Source: Fimicolochytrium jonesii
Taxonomy: Eukaryota
DNA: 64,000 nt
Direction: 5' to 3'
Assembly (NCBI RefSeq): GCF_025526975.1
Contig: NW_026515696.1
Span: 62,001-126,000, forward strand
How positions within the stretch are numbered: the first letter of the stretch is position 1; each line of letters begins with the position of its first letter. Both the position numbers and the translations under genes were made by a program. The notes beneath the pieces were generated by a model. That model saw nothing but the letters and a program-made list of their open reading frames with translations, searched no databases and was not told the origin of the DNA. Below, piece after piece: positions 11,328 through 24,485 of the stretch.

Positions 11328-12038
11328 TTAAGCCAAATGAGGCAAATGAAAAATCCCCTTGATCTTCTCCGCAAACTGCTTCCCACAAGTCCCCAACACC
11401 GTCGCGATCTGCTTCTGCGACTCGATCGTGATCAAATCCCACGGCCGTTCCTGAAACACCGGCGCAAGGTGCAGGAGGTCGGGGACGCCGAGCTCGCAGA
11501 AGCTGACTTGGCCGGAGGTGTAGCAGGTCGGGTGCGTGCCGAAGGCGTAGGAGCGGACTGAGGGGCAGCTGAGAGGTGTCGTGAGCTTGAGGGAGAGTGC
11601 GGATTGGAGGCATTGCATTACGCCGAGAAGCCTGCCATGATAAAAATGGACGATATATGTTGGAATTGGAACCCAGATGATGCGAAAGGAGAGAGCGCTC
11701 AACCAACCGGACTTACCAAGTCTGACCCTTCTCGCTCATCTTCGGCACAACCTCCGCAAACTTGCTGCAGTAGAAGTATCCATAGCCGACAGGGTAACCC
11801 TATAATGAAAGCGGAGTCAATTTCGGTTCGCATATCACACAAATGGGATTGCAAGATAGCCCCAGCTTACCTTGCTACCGCACTGGAAGATAGGCTCGGC
11901 GCAATCCGTGTACCAATTGCACGTAGATTGGTTCACGGACGGTGTCTGCACGATGCAGGCCGGCGAGGTGGTCGGCGCCGCGGTGGACAGCGCCGCGAAA
12001 GCGAAGAGAACGGCGAGGATGGAGAAGATGCGGGCCAT
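11328..12038 (-). CDS. Secreted Cys-rich stanniocalcin-like protein, 3 exons
   Basis: Signal peptide MARIFSILAVLFAFAALSTA; spliced CNWYTDCAEPIFQCGSK|GYPVGYGYFYCSKF..SEKGQTW|LLGVMQCLQSAL..CPSVRSYAFGTHPTCY..SFCEL matches the cysteine pattern of non-animal stanniocalcin homologues. Confidence 0.7.
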
Positions 12039-13282
12039 TGTGGAGCGCTGTAAACGATGAGGAACGGCCGTTGAGATGGGGAGGAAGGATTGCTTACTCT
12101 TACGAACGGGCTCTCACAGAAGTCGCGAGCTCTTTTAAATGCCCTCCAGTTTGAGCACTCGTGAACCCTGAACACACAACGACTCTGTCGGGGTTTACCT
12201 TCATCCCGCCCAAATATTTTTGGAGGACAAAAACGTCAGTGCGCAGCTGCAAAAAGGATCAGATCTACGCAAATGGCCTCGCGGATGACTAGCTCTAGAC
12301 TTCGAGCATAGTGGATGCCCGCGGGTGTTCCTTGTCTGGGGACCTATGACAACTGTCAACCTGAAATGTCCATCCCAGGATAAAGTTGGCTCCGTTCCTT
12401 TCCGAGCTGACGTTTCAAGAAGGTCACATAGCCGTGGGGTACCGTTACCACTGCGTTTACCACCTGTCCGGCAAGGAAACGCTGGGAAGTGACAAACAGC
12501 GGGCATCCTATGTCATTCTGACAGGTTTGTGCACAATTTTGCATCCCGATTGATGCCTCCCAACCGCGCAGAGCGACCTCACCACATTCCGAGTCGTCCC
12601 CGCCGTCGGCAGCTGCCCTACCAAAAGTAGTCGAAAACCAATACCGGTGGCGTCGGAGGACGTTGCCGCATCCGTGAAAAAAGCTACGGAAAAGCGGAGG
12701 TTCCCGAACATCCGAACTGCGCTGGTCTGGATTGTGGACGTACCATGTGAACAACAAGCCTTGTTGTATGGAATGGTCGTCACGCTGCTGTTAAAGCCAG
12801 ATGCGAGAAATCGCTTTACAATCACCTGCACCATGCGTCGATGATGTGCCGGCCTTGAGCGGGCTTCTTGGAGAGCGAGCCATGACAAGTTGCCAACCGT
12901 TGACCCTCACGTAGTGGCGCGGGAGCAGCACGATGCGGAAGTCAGGCAGCACCATACCCCTGCATCCCTGCGTTCTGCTCGATGATCGAATCAGGAGAGA
13001 TCCATCGTTGAGCTGCAATAGAATACCTCGTCCAACCTCCTCTTCTTTCACATGGCCTATGCCGCCCACCCATCGGGACCGAAACCACAATTGCGCAAAG
13101 CTTTTTTGAAACAATATATTTACTATTATTTGAGCAGAGATTCAGCTCCCAAATGACGACCGCAACATCCCCATGAGGATGCGCGGCGCCTTGGTACGCT
13201 GCAGATAGAGTTTTTTCTGAGTTTCAGCGCAAACCCTTTCCCAAGCGCATGGAGCGTGGCTCCCAAGTCCCATAAGCATCAT

Positions 13283-14427
13283 CTAGTACACACGGACGGG
13301 CTTGCCCATGGAGGACTTGATGAAGAGGGACTTCACGTTCTGCCAGTTCTTCTTCAACAAACTGTTCGATTGGGAAGGATGAGGATGATGGTTAGAGACT
13401 GACCATGAAAGCTACGAAACGTTGAGAACATGAAATCGTAGAATCTTACCTGACAAGGAAGTTGATGGCCAACATAGTGTTGTTGACAAGCTGGTCCTCA
13501 GTCATCTGGACGTGACCGACGGCGACACCAAGGCAAAGAACCTTCTTCAACTGGAACTTGATGGTGGACTTGATCTCAGTGACCTTGTCCTCCAAGTTGT
13601 CGTTGTGGGAGACCGGGGTGGGGAACTTTCCGGCCTTGGACAGACCGGGACCGAGGAGACGGGGGATCTGCTTGATCAAGACTTCGGAAGCGAGGAAAGC
13701 GTCGTACTTCTTGGCGAGCTTCTTGATCAGCTTCTTGTTCTTGTTCAACTTCTTCAAGTCCTCAACCGACATGAACTCGAGGCCGATGGCCTTGGCCTGG
13801 TCGATGTGGTGCTGGTCAGCCAAGATGCAAAGCTTCATCTTGGGCTTGGGCACATTGGGGAGCCTATTCATCGCATCAGTCCCCGATTTGACCCTAAAAT
13901 GAAATCTTTCCCCTGGATTCTGATACTCACTTGACGGTTCCAGAGAAACGCTTGTCACGCTGGGGGTCGTAGTTCTTGAGACCAATCTGGAGCTCGACGG
14001 TCTCAACGAACTTACGGGGCTTCTCCTCCGTGGAGAAGGTGAGCAACTCACGGGTGGCGGCACGGACGCCGCTGGCTTGAATCTTGCTGTAAACGGAAAC
14101 AAATGTCTGGGTAAATCCTCTGCTTGTGGACTGCCGTCGTCATGCATAGGTCATGCCTGCAATTCCCGCGCATCGACCACTTCCTTTCCTCCTGGCTTCG
14201 CCTCCCTACTTCCCACTATTCAAACAGCATCCTACGTCGTCTGCTCGTCAACGAGTGTCTCTTAATGCCGCTCCCACATCGGCCAGTTCGTCTCCCCATT
14301 CCACCTAGATTCCTCAACGAAGTGCATCCATCCATCCATCCCATCCATCCATCCGCCTATTCGTTCGAAAGCCCTCCGCCCCTCTTCCTCCGTCGTGCGG
14401 GATGCCGGTGGGTGATATGTACCTCAT
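13283..14427 (-). CDS. RPL1: 60S ribosomal protein L1/L10a (uL1), 4 exons
   Basis: [73 protein letters not shown]..|[25 protein letters not shown]. Confidence 0.97.
14325..14354 (-). repeat. Imperfect (GGAT)n tract in RPL1 intron 1, sense orientation
   Basis: catccatccatccatcccatccatccatcc on the + strand. Confidence 0.85.
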
Positions 14428-14956
14428 GGTTGCTGCTGCTTTGCTGAATCTCTGCTTGATTCGTGAAGGCCGAAAACCCAGCTGGATCTCTTGCTCGTGG
14501 GCTCGAAGGGCACGTGGAATTAAACTCTTGCCTACGTCACGTGAACGTGTGTTTAAATTGACTGACAAGAGGGCCGCGCTGTCGATTTCATTTGTGATAT
14601 CAGTTGTCATTCTTCAACAAGCGACACATAGGAATGGGAGCGAAAGGAGCAAGAGGATATGATCCTTTCTCGGTCTTCCGTGATGCGTTCAACATCATTG
14701 AAACCGCCAAAAGACCTCGACTGTCGAAGCTCAGCGTGGCCGCTCTATGGGCCTTCGTATGTGAGCGGTGCATATGAAACTCCTTCGTTCAAAGCGCCTC
14801 CGAATGCATTATAACTGCTACTAGAGATATTCGGTGCTTTGCTACATATGTACGCCCATCCCCATTGATTGAGGCACAGGAGAATTGAGCAAGAAATTCA
14901 ACTATAGCGAAAAGACACACATACCACATTGAGAATACGCCGTTCTCGTCCCAATT

Positions 14957-17336
14957 TCAAACAGTGAGCCTCATCATCTCCTTCAAAACGTTTTCCAATC
15001 TTTCCTTCCTGGCCATAAGCTCCTTCCGTTTTTCCGCAACTCGGTCATCCTCAACCAATAACTCTGCCGCCCGCTGCTGATCGGTGGCCAGCTGCTTTTC
15101 CAACCGTTCTTCAAGGTGCTTCTCCATCCCAATCACATACTTTGTGTCAATCGCCATGGCGACATGGTCAACGAATCTCTGCGCCGCAACGTCAAAAAAC
15201 GCTTGCACTCGAGATATGAGACGGAGTGCGGTCGTGTGGTCGTTTCCTTGCTTGCGGCAATACGCCACGTAGAGGTCGTCCACGGTCAAGTCGGTCAGGT
15301 TGGCCTCTTTCAAGAGCGCGATTGCTTCGCTAATTCGGTCCTCGTTGGACTCTGGTACGGTTTCTTTGAGATCCCAGCGCGCCGTTTCCGTCTCATACGT
15401 TTTGTAAAGAGCCGCGGATTTGTCGTGGAATACCGGATCAAGGGTAAACGGGGGATAGGATTCGAGGGTGAAGAACTCCAAGACGAAATCTGCAGTCTCT
15501 TTGAACAGATCCTTTTGCAAGTCATCGACAATTAACCTGTGAATGCATTGATAATGCTCAGATTGCTCACCTCCGTGTGTCACGAATGCATGCGAGAGTT
15601 TTGCCAATGCTTCTCACCTTGTTTCCAGCAGGAGCGGCTTGAATCTCGCAAATGAATCTGTGATCCAACGGTCGCTTCGAATATTAAAATCCTCCACCAA
15701 GCGGCCCATATAATACTGGGAAATTTCAGGCCAGACTTCCATGAAGGTTTCGATAATCCTATGGAACGACTGTTCGTTGTATTCTCCGCCCATTTGGCGA
15801 CCTTTATAGACGTCGATGATTTTGTGAACGTATGCGAGAGTGTATGTGGTCCTAGGCATCTTCCATCTCGTCTCCTCGACTTTGTCTGACTCTTCTATTT
15901 CCTTTTCTGTTGGCGCGGCGAGTTTGGGCCGTGTTGCTTGGATGTCATCTCGGAACTCTTGGTAAAGGCTGGGTTTCAAGCGCACAGTTAAGCCCTTTGA
16001 TTATACAATCTATGAGAAATGAGAGAAAATGGGGCTACTTGCGTACCTCAGATCGGTCTGCCACAATTGGGGATACCCATGTTGTGCGTAAACGTGGGTA
16101 TGAATGGTCTTGCGCAGCTTCTTGATAGCCTGCCGCAAGTCGTAGAGGGAGTTCGACGGTACAGCTGGAAGCTGCTTGAGGTCGTTATTGACTTCCTTCA
16201 GCAGTTGTTTCGCCGTGGCCTTCATATCCGGGAAAGTGGACTTGATCAACTGTGTCAGGCGGACCGACAGATGTTGGGCCAACGCCTGAACCCCCAGGAC
16301 ATGGTTGAGAGGAGGAACCGTATTCCATGGTTCAGTGTTCTTGAAGAACTGACTCTCGGCGTCGCGAGCTTCTCTCGAGGTCACTCGGTCAAGCCTGTCC
16401 GGAGCCGGGTTGACGACCGCGAAAGACGTGGGCTTTCCATGAAGCAGAAAGTTCATCCACGGGGCATGGCATGATCTCTCGATGAGATCTGCTTTCGTGA
16501 GGGCGCAAACCGTGCGTTCGCCTACGTTGGACACGCAAGCATGAGAAATTGCAAACGACTCGTTGGGAATGAATCAAGGCTGCCTTACCTGTGGCATCGT
16601 ATGTTCTCGCAAAACGTACAGATTCTTGATTATTGACATCGTCCGCGCACGTCACGCATTTGAGGATGATGGTGCGCTTGTCTTCGATGTATTTCGTAAC
16701 GAGTTGCTTGATAAGCCCCACCAAATCCTCCTTCGCGTCTTGCGGAGGGGTCTGGATGATGCCCGGAAGGTCGATGAGCGTCAAGCTGAGAACGTCCGGT
16801 CCGGTCACAGCCACAACGATAATGTTGCTAGTGAACTGGCGCTTGTCGACATATTTTTTAAGATCCTTCTCGTTCATCTTTAGAAAATAAGCCGAGTCTG
16901 TTCCCGGATTCAAGATCGCCCTCTGCGCTTGAGCGATGCGGAGACCCACATCGGCTTCCTTCGTCATAGGAGTGTCGAACGGTTCTTCCTTGGTATTGAG
17001 CAACTGTTTCTCATTCTCGTCCGATTCCCATCGAAGGACAACCTGGCAGCTCCACGCGGTTCCCGGTTTTTCTTCCATCCGCACCTCGATGGGGCTCCTG
17101 GTGCATGTTCCGCTGGCGCGCGGGAGAGGAATGCCCGAGATGGCTTCGACGACCGACGACTTGCCCGCCGATTGGTTCCCTATGACGGCGATTCTGGGAA
17201 GAGACAGCTCGATTTGACCGCCATGCTGGCGAATCTTCGTAATGAGTGCGACAAGGTCTTTCGCTTTTTTCGCGTATTGAGAAGCTCCCAGCTCGCTTGT
17301 CTTGGGCGAGGGTTCTTCGACGACTGTTTTGGTCAT
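14957..17336 (-). CDS. Dynamin-superfamily GTPase, Mx-like (GTPase, middle domain, GED; no PH/PRD), about 4 exons
   Basis: LPRIAVIGNQSAGKSSVVEAISGIPLPRASGTCTR (G1/G2), TLIDLPGII (G3), ALTKADL (G4), GED AFFDVAAQRFVDHVAMAID..LLVEDDRVAEKRKELMARKERLE. Confidence 0.88.
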
Positions 17337-19493
17337 AGCGGTGATGAATCGTCGGTGAGGAGTTGCAGAACAGAGTTCGTGGGCGAACATATGGAATGCT
17401 GGGAGATGAGACAACCTACCATGGGCTTTATATGTATATGTAGCTCGCCCGCAACCTCAAAGAGAGGTTACTGACTCTCCACAAAGTACAAGGTTTTAGA
17501 CGGAGCAGGGATCCCCGTAGGCCCGAATGGATGGATGCTTAGGAACCGACAACGCGGCCGTCCGAACTCATAGTCCCTCCACGGTTTCAAATGGCAAGGC
17601 GCCGGTCAGTTATCCCCAACCTTTCTTCAGATCATGTTGGGCCAACCGGATTGAAGAGAACGATGCAAATAGTGTCATCCATATCCCGGGATGTTATTCG
17701 CCCTGAGCTTCTCCTCTCCACTTCCATTGCATGGCAATATTTGTGGGCGGGAACTTGCCAAGAAAATCGACAGCGCGTCGCATCGTATAATATCCTCAGG
17801 AATCCAAGGCCCATCTCCCTCTCCCTAAGAAGCAGCGCCCCTAGTTATACTTGTACCTGATTCGGCGGCCTTTTCTCGAGGTGAGTGCAGACGGGCGGTT
17901 TTCGCGCAGGAACGGAGGGATTTGTGGCAATCGGAGAACGAGAGGCAATATTCGCCCATTGGCGTCCCGGTATAACTCTTGGCGCTGGTCATCTCTTCGG
18001 TCGAAGCGTCGGGAGTGAGTCTCTTCTCGTTCTCTGCAGATTAAAGCGTCTCTTCGACTATGTTTGGGACCCAGCAGAGCCTAGGCACGGAAGCGCAGGT
18101 TTCGATCAATTCTCGCGGCGCGAAATTATATCCGCTCTTGAGTGGAACGTTTCGGTCCTTCGACGTTTCGAGCGGCGCAGTGTTCTATAGACTTTTTTGT
18201 AGTTTCCACCCGTTCTCGTACGTTGTGGGTTAATGCAGTTCTTCGTCAAGGTTTGGAGGTCGAGTCTTCATGAATAGCAGGATGGTCCTTCTGCTTCAGG
18301 CAACGGACTGGGACGAACCAATGCCGGCGTTTCTCGCAGGAGCAGGACTGGATTGATAAGGAGATGTAATGAAGAGAAAGGGCAACGAACGCCGGGTGCT
18401 CAGGAGAGGGGAAGTGGTGGTCCGCCCACCCAAGGGAAGCGGAAACCGATCAAAGGATAGAGGAAGGAGTAAAATTGATCAGGGGAAGCAAGGAGGGCAA
18501 GGGGTAGTGTGCGCCGCGTTGGCACATGGCGACTGTGAGATTACGCGTGAGAGTACGCGCATCGCCTTTCACACTCGAGAGATAATTTGAGTGGGCGCAG
18601 ATGGCCATCTACCCATAAAATTCGAGTCGAGCTCAAGTACTGTACGAACTCTGGACCTCCAGTCCTGACCTCCAGTTTTCTCACCGCTTTCCGCTCCTAG
18701 GCGCCACAGCCGGCATTAGTCGAACGTATGGCGCAACTGGTCCTAAATAATAGATCAGTAACGTGGGTTAGATATTCGCCTTCAAGCATGGGATGACCGT
18801 TTCTAGCCCTGCTTCGGCATGGGATGACCGTTACAACTGATAGTTACGAGGCGAATCGTCGGCGTGCAGAGTCCGTCATATCGCCTTGGTTGGTACACGT
18901 ACTGTACTTTCGGACAACGACCGGACTTTCCCGTCGGAGTTTTGGATTACCTCAAACGCGTTCGAGCAAACGCGTCTCGAACGCGTTTTCAACTTACCCC
19001 AGAATGGCTTCGACAATCCTTCCTGACCAGTGCATCAGCGTTTATTACTACTGGCAACCACGGTCTCAAAGCGACTGATCATCTCGGGCATGCTCACCTG
19101 AAAGACGCTATCCACATGCTAGAACATGGAATGTACATGTACGTGCGGCTCCGTCACAGACGTCCGGCCGCAGGGCATTTGTCTCCGGGTTTCCTTTAGC
19201 GCGGACCATTCGAACTCGGGAGATGCCGCTCCCGGAGGCTCGTGCCTTTTCGGAACCCGCTCCGCGTGTGAGGGCCGTCAGACTTCGAAAGACGGGGATA
19301 ACAGGGATTCCAATGCATAATGTACGGAAACGCCATGAGTTTATGTATCTAGAGTAGTGTAAACTGGGCAACTGCGTAAGAAACGTCCTGATTGCGTGAA
19401 GGCGTAGAGCGTTCTATGTGCTATGTCACAAAAAAGTATCCTATGTCTGTGATGTACAAAATATCCCTCCAACCCAGTCAGGCTCCCCCACCT

Positions 19494-21287
19494 TCAAACA
19501 ACCCTCCTCCCCTTAACCCACACCCCGGCCACATTCCGATCATCCCCCAAAAACACCCACTTCTCAAACATCGTCGTGACGGTATCATGCTCAAACACGG
19601 TCACGGGGCGGCGGGCCTCATCTATCTCACTCGTTGTCGTTTCTGGGGCATCAAGGTCGACAATCACGGCGTCAAACTCCTTCCCCGGTATAAAGTTCCC
19701 CACCGTCTCCGCGATGTTCAGGACACGCGCCCCGCCCAGCGTCGCCAGATAAAACACCTCCGGCACCGTCAACGGCCGATGCGGCTGGTCATGGTACAGC
19801 ACCGGTCCCTCATCCTCCACCACGCTTTTCGGGATTTTCGACAAGGCGAGTAACGCGTCCCGTTGGGTGAACCCCACGACTTTACTCGCGACCAACGCGC
19901 TGCGCATCGCTTCCACAACGCTCATACTCCAGCCCCCAGCGACGTCGGTGCCGAGGCCGACTTTGATGTTGGCGTCGAGGAGACGGCGGACGTTGCAGAC
20001 CCCCGAGGAGAGGGCGAAGTTGCTTACTGGGCAGTGGGATATCCCCGCCTGCGTTTCACTGAGGAGGGTGGTCTCGGCATCCGAGAGGTGAACGCAATGC
20101 GCGAGGACGGTCCGGTTGGTAAGCAAGCCATGGTCGTGGTAGACAGAGACGTAGTCGCGGGAGTCGGGGAAGAGATCGCGGATGAATGAGCATTCGGCGG
20201 GGTTTTCGGAGCAGTGGGTTTGGATTCTTAGGGCATGCTGGGATGCGAGTTGTGCGAGGCCTTTCATTAGCTCGGAGGAGCAGGAGACGGCGAAACGGGG
20301 GGTGAGGATGGGTTGGACTGTGTCTGCGTTGAGGGATTGCACGGCGTTGATGAATTCTTTTGTTGTTTCGAGACTGTCTGAGGCGGAGGGTTCGACGTAG
20401 CCTTCGCCGCCGTTCCGGTCCATGCAGACTTTTCCGACAAAGGCGCGCTGGCCTAGTGATTTGCAGGTTTCCGCGAGGACTTTTGTGGCGGGCAGGTGGA
20501 GGGTGCCGTACCAGGCGGCGGTGGTTGTACCGCAGCGGAGGGAGCGCGCGACGGCTTTGGGGTAGATGGTTTGGGCGTGCATGAGGGAGGAGAACTTGCG
20601 TTCGGAGGGGAAGGTGTAGGTGGTGAGCCAGTCGAGGAGGGGAAGCGTGTAGCCGGTGCCGGTGTAGGCGTATTGTGGAGCGTGGACGTGCGTGTCGATG
20701 AGGCCGGGGATGAGGAAGGAGTGTGATGGGAGCCGGCGGATCTGTGGTGGAGTGGAATGAATGGGAATTGACGAGATGAGGGATGAGATGATTTGTCTGA
20801 AGGATGAAACGACATCCTGCTTGCTCTCGCTCGCGACAAGGATATCGGGCAATGTGTGATATAGACGAGCGTCCGCTGCCGCTGACAGCTGAAAATGGGG
20901 GCTCGCTTCGCTCGCCTGACAACCACCGACTGTTCGCTGTCGCCTATCGCTCGGGCTCCGAGGAGCGAACCAAACCCTGCAGGTCGCCTCGCTCGCCGCA
21001 GTTCGCACTCTGTTCTCTCTCTCGCGTAAACATACCTCAACCCCTTCCGCGCCCACCCTCGTCAACAACTCCCTCAGCAGCCTCTCATCCTCCACACCAT
21101 CGTCTCCCTCGCTCTCCCCACTATGTCTTAGTTTCTCCACAAACGAAATCCTCCCGTTCGAGTCGACCCCGAGAACACCTGGTGCGATGATCTCTAGTGT
21201 GGCGAGACCTGTCGAGTGGATGAGAGTGCCGACAAAGACCGTCGTTGTCGGTGCTGGCGGTTGCTGCTGGTGCTGTGGGGGAGACAT
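19494..21287 (-). CDS. GUD1: Guanine deaminase (amidohydrolase), one intron 20742-21035
   Basis: LIPGLIDTHVHAPQY, LLDWLTTYTFPSE, GQRAFVGKVCMDRN, ILTPRFAVSCS, IQTHCSEN, VLAHCVHL, SHCPVSN, GLGTDVAGG, GDDRNVAGVWVKG. Confidence 0.95.
   Translation of the reverse strand: MSPPQHQQQPPAPTTTVFVGTLIHSTGLATLEIIAPGVLGVDSNGRISFVEKLRHSGESEGDDGVEDERLLRELLTRVGAEGVEVCLRERENRVRTAASEATCRVWFAPRSPSDRRQRTVGGCQASEASPHFQLSAAADARLYHTLPDILVASESKQDVVSSFRQIISSLISSIPIHSTPPQIRRLPSHSFLIPGLIDTHVHAPQYAYTGTGYTLPLLDWLTTYTFPSERKFSSLMHAQTIYPKAVARSLRCGTTTAAWYGTLHLPATKVLAETCKSLGQRAFVGKVCMDRNGGEGYVEPSASDSLETTKEFINAVQSLNADTVQPILTPRFAVSCSSELMKGLAQLASQHALRIQTHCSENPAECSFIRDLFPDSRDYVSVYHDHGLLTNRTVLAHCVHLSDAETTLLSETQAGISHCPVSNFALSSGVCNVRRLLDANIKVGLGTDVAGGWSMSVVEAMRSALVASKVVGFTQRDALLALSKIPKSVVEDEGPVLYHDQPHRPLTVPEVFYLATLGGARVLNIAETVGNFIPGKEFDAVIVDLDAPETTTSEIDEARRPVTVFEHDTVTTMFEKWVFLGDDRNVAGVWVKGRRVV
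20826..21001 (-). repeat. Copy 2 of the shared structured intronic element (GUD1 intron)
   Basis: Sense strand CTGCGGCGAGCGAGGCGA, TTGGTTCGCTCCTCGGAGC..AGCGAAC, GGCGAGCGAAGCGAGC, CCTTGTCGCGAG. Confidence 0.5.
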
Positions 21288-24200
21288 GAGTGTGATATGG
21301 GGGGTTGTTGGTAGCGGGAGACTGCTGCAGTGGCTGGAGTGTGCGGAGTTGAGTTCTGACCGTTGTCCAAGTTGAAATGGGGACAGGCCAGGAATGGGTC
21401 AGGAAGGTCAGAAGGTTGTCGCGTGACGGTTCGCGGCTCTGGAATCTGGAGGGAGAACGGGCACCCACAGGAAGCAGTCTCTCTCACAACGGGCAGGCAG
21501 CACACAACACAGTCCCCGGTGGACGAGGACGAGTGGCGCGAGAGAGAGGGAGAGGGAGACGAGCGGCGTATAAGACCCTCCAGTAACACCGCTCCCACGT
21601 CTTGAGGGAATTCAGAGAGAATGTGGCATGTCAAAGATGGAACGCACTGAGGACTTCAGCGGAAGGAGCAGCGCAATCTCATTTGGAAGAGCTGATGAAG
21701 CAAAAGCGGCTTCTCAACCGGCGCTTGTGCTAGCGCAAAGGAGGTGGATTGCTGAGGGAAGACGATGCGCAAAACCACAAGTGGATCCCGCTAGCGTTCA
21801 CCCGCGATTTTGGTGCTGGGCGACAACACCGGCGAGTGTGTTTCTCGATGCGCTACCAAAGTACGCCGTAGAGGGTTTCGTCCAGTTTCGAACCATCAGA
21901 CAATCTGACAACCTCCCATGTGGTGGAACCTTTTGCGTCGCTGCCAGCAACCGTTACCCATATAGCGGCTATGGACTCGGGGTTCTCCATTCGATTTGTT
22001 GTGAGTCAAACTCGTTGAAAGCTACGGTGAAGAGGCGAGAGATCAACTTACGGCAGTGGATTTTGGGTTACGGACAAAAATGGCGATGAATACTCAGCGA
22101 ATCTGCTTGCTATACGAAGAACTCCGTTACTGGATGTCTTCTGCAAGTCTTCAAGAATGGGAAGTGCGTACACGATAAGATACCTCCCCCCTGGAAACGC
22201 ATCCGTGACGAAAAGCATCTTTTTTTCGTGTGTCTAAGATCGATTTGGAACGACGCCCTGTATGATGAAGCTGCAGATGTGTATCGCCCTCGAGCAGAAA
22301 AAGGATACAGGGGTCCGACCCAGATATGCTTGGACGCATTGGCCTACTTGTGAAGCCTAGCGCGGACCTACACCGTATGCCAAGGATGAGCATCGAAATC
22401 ACACCGGGATGCCCTAAAATATGGCGAAATTCCTAGTGTGAGTTTTGAGACGAGCCGCCCGTTCCGGAACCTTTTGGATGAGTGGAAAACGAGAGCAGCG
22501 AACAGTTTCACGTCTGATGTTCTTCTGTTGGACGACAATCATACACGGGATCAACTTCTGAGAAGCGTCAGGATCACTATGACTGGGATGTACGAGTGCT
22601 TTGCCGCATACAAGATCCCCATTGACGGTGTTTTCGGGCTGCCCATATCTTCAAAGAGAATGTGGAACGAGACGAATGCAGGCCCCCTCTGCTCCCATTA
22701 ACATGCAAGATGGACCTGTGGGCCAATGGGAAGATATCAAAGCTCAAAGTTGCTACGTCTCGTCAGCGAAAAAAAAGTCAGAAGCACACCTCTCCGTGTT
22801 CGTTGACAAGCAGCAAGATGATGCTCATCGACTGTGGACACCACCACCAGGCCCCAAGAGATCCGCTCCCGCCGCAGACGCTTGCATGGCGAGCATATGA
22901 CGAAAGTTGGTGCCCGCGTCAAGATCCGAATGCTCACCCTCTTCCCTGGGCGGACAGCATCTCCCACTCGAGCGAAGCCACTACAGCGCCTGGACCCTAA
23001 ACTACGAAGCCTTCTACGGCGAATTTGGAGGAGACGAGAAGGATTGCCGCATGCAGCTTCGTCACTATGCTGCAAACATCTTAGGATTATGCTCTCGTTG
23101 TGCACCGTCATGCCAAATGGATGGCGTCCAGGAATACCATATTGATCGGAATGACCGCGATCACGACAAAGGTGCATGTCAGAGCCATCTTGACTCATCA
23201 ATGGACAGGAGGGGCGTTCAAGACAACGAGTCGGTATGGTCGATGCCACATTTGACCAGAGTTGCGGATTGTAACCCATTGGGTTGCTGCAAACTGCGAA
23301 TCTCCAAAGAGTGACGAGTCAGTGTCTCGTCCGGGCAACGAAAAAGATCTGAGAGATTCACTTCGCGGAACGACGGCAGCCACAAATTGAACCGTTCGAG
23401 GCGGTTAACTTGAAAGGAAAGTTTCGGTTCGGTCGAAAGTCACGGGCACCCATCGATTTCGAAACCCCACTTCCCACCATTTTGCGGGGCGAGACGTCAA
23501 TCGACGCTCCCATCCTCATTTTGAGGACCGCTCATCGGCTACTATCACCAGGTATGCTCATTGCCGCTCCCGTTCACTGCGCCCGTGGCGATTAACGCGA
23601 GCCTGACGACCTGCTATCCATCGCGACTTGGTCGAAATCGTCCATGGACCCTGGGTCGGAGTTATGACCAGAGACAGTGCATTATTTCGCAAAGGGGCCC
23701 GCCATAAGCGAATTGTGAAATCATGAGATCATTCGACAGTGAAAATCATGACGAATGATAAAGGGAGGCGGGCACGAAACTCGACGAGGATCGGCACTCA
23801 ATATGGGTCCGTTTCGGGGGTCGAAGGGGCGGGATAAGCTAACCTGATGGTGGAGACAGCCCGTCCGTACCCCGCAATGCCTCCGAGGCGCCTTCGGTGC
23901 ATTCGGACCGCAGAACGTCGACTCGCTATCCTAACATCGTCGCTCAGCCCTCATACCCATCGCGCACGAGCACTGTTCAACCAGCACCAAGATGAGAAGG
24001 CATTCTACGGTACATTCATCCCGTCGCCGCGACATCAGGCGTTCGGTGCACCGCAGACCGCCTGGGAGAGGACGCAGTCGTCGTGATACGAACGGAGTCG
24101 CGCTCTGCGGCGACCGCTGTGTGAAGACCATCTCGCAGCTGCCGTTGAACAACCGAGCTAAACCTACTTCAACCGGGAACGTATACGAGGCATCGAAAAG

Positions 24201-24414
24201 CGAATGCGACTCATCAACTCGAATTCACGCAAATCTGTAGAACGGGTCATCTTGTCGGATTGTCCGCGAGCATATCGTTCGTGTTTTGTTCGATTTAATC
24301 TGGAATTGGTTCTGGAGGCACATTCAGTACTGTCCTGCTGTAAAACGACTTGTAGCGGTACAGTACTGGATGTATCTTTTCACACTGATTGAGGGCAACG
24401 TACAAATATCGAAT

Positions 24415-24485
24415 GCAATGGTGGTTTAGTGGCATAATTACCGCCTGCCACGCGGTAGACCCGAGTTCGATTCTCGGCCATTGCA
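24415..24485 (+). tRNA. tRNA-Gly (anticodon GCC), intronless
   Basis: Acceptor stem GCAATGG/CCATTGC, D-arm GTTTAGTGGCATAAT, anticodon arm ACCGC-CTGCCAC-GCGGT, T-arm CCGAG-TTCGATT-CTCGG. Confidence 0.95.

Noticed and set aside
12480..12844. Kinase-like scraps (YVILTG; LLKPDARNRFTI)
   Set aside because: Too short, in different frames, and no HRD/DFG motifs; could be chance
17600..19370. Short ORFs between the Mx-like gene and GUD1 (similarly 21630-24300)
   Set aside because: No recognisable domain or consistent splice structure; left unannotated
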